Source: a bacterium (GTDB lineage Bacteria > SAR324 > XYD2-FULL-50-16 > G965216635). Taken from it: DNA of 64,000 nucleotides. Under the pieces are notes generated by a model. It was given only the letters and a program-made list of their open reading frames with translations. It was not told where the DNA came from and did not search any database. This document shows, one piece after another, positions 61,065 to 64,000 of this stretch. Numbering within the stretch: the stretch's first letter is position 1; each line of letters opens with the position of its first letter. Made by a program: the position numbers and the translations under genes. The DNA is taken from the NCBI GenBank assembly GCA_965216635.1, contig OZ244188.1, forward strand, positions 2,272,001-2,336,000, read 5' to 3'.

Positions 61065-64000
61065 ATGAAAAAAATTTTTCGTTTTTTTGCAGAAAGACAC
61101 CTTTTGGCAATCATTTTCACAGCTATTATTTTACTTTTGGGAGTCAGAGCTATTAGTGATGTGCAAAGAGAAGAATTGCCGAAGGTTGAGTTTAATGTGA
61201 TGTTTGTTTTTGCAGCTTACCCTAATGCTTCGCCTGAAGATGTGGAAATTAATGTTACCAATAAAATAGAGGACGAATTAAAAGGACTCAACGGTATAGA
61301 TTATTACGAGTCTTTTTCTAATGAAAATTCTTCTCTAGTGTTGATTTTTTTAGAACCAGATTTAACCGATGTAGACACAGTAAAGCAAGATATTCGCGAC
61401 GCCGTATCTCGTGTGTCTGGCTTGCCGAGTGAAGTTGAAAAACCAGTGGCTAAGCAATTTAAAATTTCCGAAGAGGCTATTTTTAAATTTGGTATTTTTG
61501 GCAATCTGCCTTATCAGGAAATTCGTAATCTAGCAGATACATTTGAGGAAAAACTTTTAAAAGTAGACGGAGTTTCTATTATAGAAAAGAATGGTTATTT
61601 GGATAGAGAAATAAAAATAACGGTAAATTCAGAAAAATTATTAAAACACAAAATTGCTTTAAGCAGTATTATTCTAGCGATTCAGGCAAGAAATATTCGC
61701 TCAGCTGCGGGTAATTTAGAATCCTATTCTAACGAAAAAAACATTGTTACTTTGGCTCAATTTCGTAGCCCCAAAGAGGTAGGCAAGGTTGTTTTATCTG
61801 CCAATTTTGAGGGACCTATTGTATTGATAGACGATATTGCTACGATTGAAGACGGCTTTGAAGAGACAGATACTATTTCTCGCTTTAATGGAAAACAGGG
61901 TATTTCTTTTGGTATCAAAAAAAAAGAAACCGCAGATGTAATCCGCACAGTAGATGCTATAAAAAAGACTCTCCAAGAATTAGAAGAAAATCTTCCCCCA
62001 GAAATTTCTCTAGTTCAAATTGAAGATAACTCCGATTTTGTACGAAACCGCCTACAGGTAGTTCTGAAAAATGGCGCTATTGGATTGATCTTAGTGCTGG
62101 TGCTATTGGGACTTTTTATGAATCTTAAATCTGCTTTTTGGGTAGGTTTGAGTATTCCAGTGACTTTACTAGGCACTGTTTTTTTGTTGTATGTAACAGG
62201 GGAAACCATCAATGCTATTGCTTTAGCAGGTATGATTTTGGTTTTAGGGATTGTAGTAGATGATTCCATCATTGTAGCAGAGAATATCTATACTCATAGA
62301 CAAAAAGGTAAACCCGCTACTCAGGCGATTTTGGACGCTTTAAAAGAAGTCTATCCTCCGGTAGTAACCACAATTTTAACCACCCTTCTGGCTTTCGGTG
62401 CTATGTTTTTTATTAGTGGGACTATCGGCAAATTTGTTTATGTAATTCCTTTTGTGGTTACCTGCGCCCTTTTGATTTCTTTATTAGAGGTAACCATCGC
62501 ATTGCCTCCACATGTAGGTAGCGCTATTGGAAAAAAAGAACTCAAACAAAAAAAGTGGGTGCTTTTTTTGGAAAAAAAATTTTATCAATATATTAAATTC
62601 GTTCTTAAAATACGCTACCTCACAGTTTTTATTTTTTTAATGATTTTGGTAGGATCGGGTATATTAGCAGTAAAAAAACTAAAATTTAATCTTTTTCCTT
62701 CTATCAGCTCCAAACAGATTTCAGCTAGTGTCAAGCTACCTTTGGGCAGCTCGATTAAAGCGAGTTCGGATGTTGTAGCCGAAGTAGAAAAAATCATTGC
62801 TAGCCTTCCTAAAAACGAATTACAAACTTTTATTTCTACCATCGGCAAGACGGGGGGAAATTTTGGCTCTTTGAAGAGCAACGAGAGTCAAATTAGAATC
62901 GTGCTTACTCCTGAAACCGAAAGAAAAAGAAGCTCTGCTGAAATAGTTGAAGAACTAGAACAAAAAGTAAAATCTATTCAAGCTGCGGAAAAAATTAGTT
63001 TTAGGGTTGTGAGTGAAGGACCTGGGGGCGTAGAAAGAGATGTTTCTTTAAGGTTGGTAAGCTCTAATAATGCGAAAAAATTAGCTGCTAGCAATCGGCT
63101 AGAAGAAATTTTGAGAGAAATCAAAGGAGTAAAAAATATAGATAGAAACGATAAGGCTGGAAAACCGCAATTAGAAATTAAACTGGACTATTCTAAAATG
63201 GCTCGTTTAGGAATTTCTGTGAGCACGGTTTCAAGAAATTTGCGAATTGCTTTAAATGGAGAAACTGCCACTAGTGTTCGCTACGGAAAGGACGATGTGG
63301 ATTTTAGAGTGATCGTAGAAAAAGGCATTCGTAGCAATTCGCAGTCCTTGAAAAATTTACGCATTCCCAATCTTACGGGACAACTTATTCCTTTATATCA
63401 ATTTGCAAAATTCGTATATGTGGATTCACCCGCTGAATTTTGGCATTATAACGGTGAAAGAGCAACGACTATTTCGGCAGATGTAGATGATAAGGTAACT
63501 ACTTCGGGCGAAGCCAATCAAAAAGCAATAGAAAGTTTGGATATTGCAAAAAATTTTCCTGAAGTAAGGCTAGAGCTTGCGGGCGAAGCCAAAGAAGATA
63601 GAGAGTCTTTAATTAGTCTAGCCAAAACCTTTATAATTGCAATCGCTGCCATATATCTTCTGTTGGTAATTCTTTTTAATTCTTTATTTCAGCCTTTTTT
63701 AGTTTTATTAGCGGTGCCTTTTGGAATTGTAGGAGTCATTGTTGCCTTTTATCTACACAGGATGAATTTGAGTTTTTTGGCTCTTTTGGGAACTATCGGT
63801 ATGGCAGGAGTAGTGATTAACGATTCTTTGGTTTTAGTCAATCATATTAACCAAAAATTAAAGAAAAACTCCGAAGAAAATATTTTAAAAACAGTTGCTA
63901 TAGGTACTAAAGAAAGGTTTAGAGCAGTAATTTTAACTACGCTTACAACAGTAGCGGGGTTACTACCTCTGGCTTATGGACTGGGCGGAAGTGATGAATT
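61065..64000 (+). CDS. RND efflux permease (AcrB/AcrD/AcrF family), 3'-truncated by window edge
   Basis: Not in the ORF track because it has no stop. Begins MKKIFRFFAERHLLA, with AYPNASPEDVE, LGIVVDDSIIVAENI, GVVINDSLVL and RFRAVILTTLTT. Confidence 0.92.
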   Translation, partial: MKKIFRFFAERHLLAIIFTAIILLLGVRAISDVQREELPKVEFNVMFVFAAYPNASPEDVEINVTNKIEDELKGLNGIDYYESFSNENSSLVLIFLEPDLTDVDTVKQDIRDAVSRVSGLPSEVEKPVAKQFKISEEAIFKFGIFGNLPYQEIRNLADTFEEKLLKVDGVSIIEKNGYLDREIKITVNSEKLLKHKIALSSIILAIQARNIRSAAGNLESYSNEKNIVTLAQFRSPKEVGKVVLSANFEGPIVLIDDIATIEDGFEETDTISRFNGKQGISFGIKKKETADVIRTVDAIKKTLQELEENLPPEISLVQIEDNSDFVRNRLQVVLKNGAIGLILVLVLLGLFMNLKSAFWVGLSIPVTLLGTVFLLYVTGETINAIALAGMILVLGIVVDDSIIVAENIYTHRQKGKPATQAILDALKEVYPPVVTTILTTLLAFGAMFFISGTIGKFVYVIPFVVTCALLISLLEVTIALPPHVGSAIGKKELKQKKWVLFLEKKFYQYIKFVLKIRYLTVFIFLMILVGSGILAVKKLKFNLFPSISSKQISASVKLPLGSSIKASSDVVAEVEKIIASLPKNELQTFISTIGKTGGNFGSLKSNESQIRIVLTPETERKRSSAEIVEELEQKVKSIQAAEKISFRVVSEGPGGVERDVSLRLVSSNNAKKLAASNRLEEILREIKGVKNIDRNDKAGKPQLEIKLDYSKMARLGISVSTVSRNLRIALNGETATSVRYGKDDVDFRVIVEKGIRSNSQSLKNLRIPNLTGQLIPLYQFAKFVYVDSPAEFWHYNGERATTISADVDDKVTTSGEANQKAIESLDIAKNFPEVRLELAGEAKEDRESLISLAKTFIIAIAAIYLLLVILFNSLFQPFLVLLAVPFGIVGVIVAFYLHRMNLSFLALLGTIGMAGVVINDSLVLVNHINQKLKKNSEENILKTVAIGTKERFRAVILTTLTTVAGLLPLAYGLGGSDE

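Overview
AT-rich bacterial chromosome segment. Housekeeping genes: an mtkAB/sucCD-type CoA ligase, groESL, nuoLMN, frmAB, rpmB, mfd, aroK, gmk, truB, rpsO, pnp, tRNA-Arg, mnmA, tgt, a His6-type hisA, malic enzyme, mltA, and a TolC plus RND efflux pair. These are interleaved with defence and surface-variation loci. The most unusual feature is a type II-C CRISPR-Cas9 locus (23.1-34.1 kb). It has two tandem tracrRNA-like genes. Its array is not a single leader plus array. It is split by 18 copies of a 101-bp block into several sub-arrays holding 0, 1, 10 or 24 spacers (39 spacers in all). Each spacer-bearing sub-array ends in a repeat cut at exactly nt 30 of 36. Other points of interest: three paralogous beta-barrel surface proteins with hypervariable Cys-clasped inserts (Hop/type Vf-like layout); two DNA methyltransferase-nuclease cassettes inserted inside housekeeping operons (between nuoM and nuoN, and between tolC and the RND gene); a membrane-anchored SH3/PD-(D/E)XK nuclease beside the tRNA; an unannotated 45-aa peptide gene; a dispersed MITE family; and pervasive short tandem amplifications. 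All calls come from reading the sequence by eye. No database searches were run.
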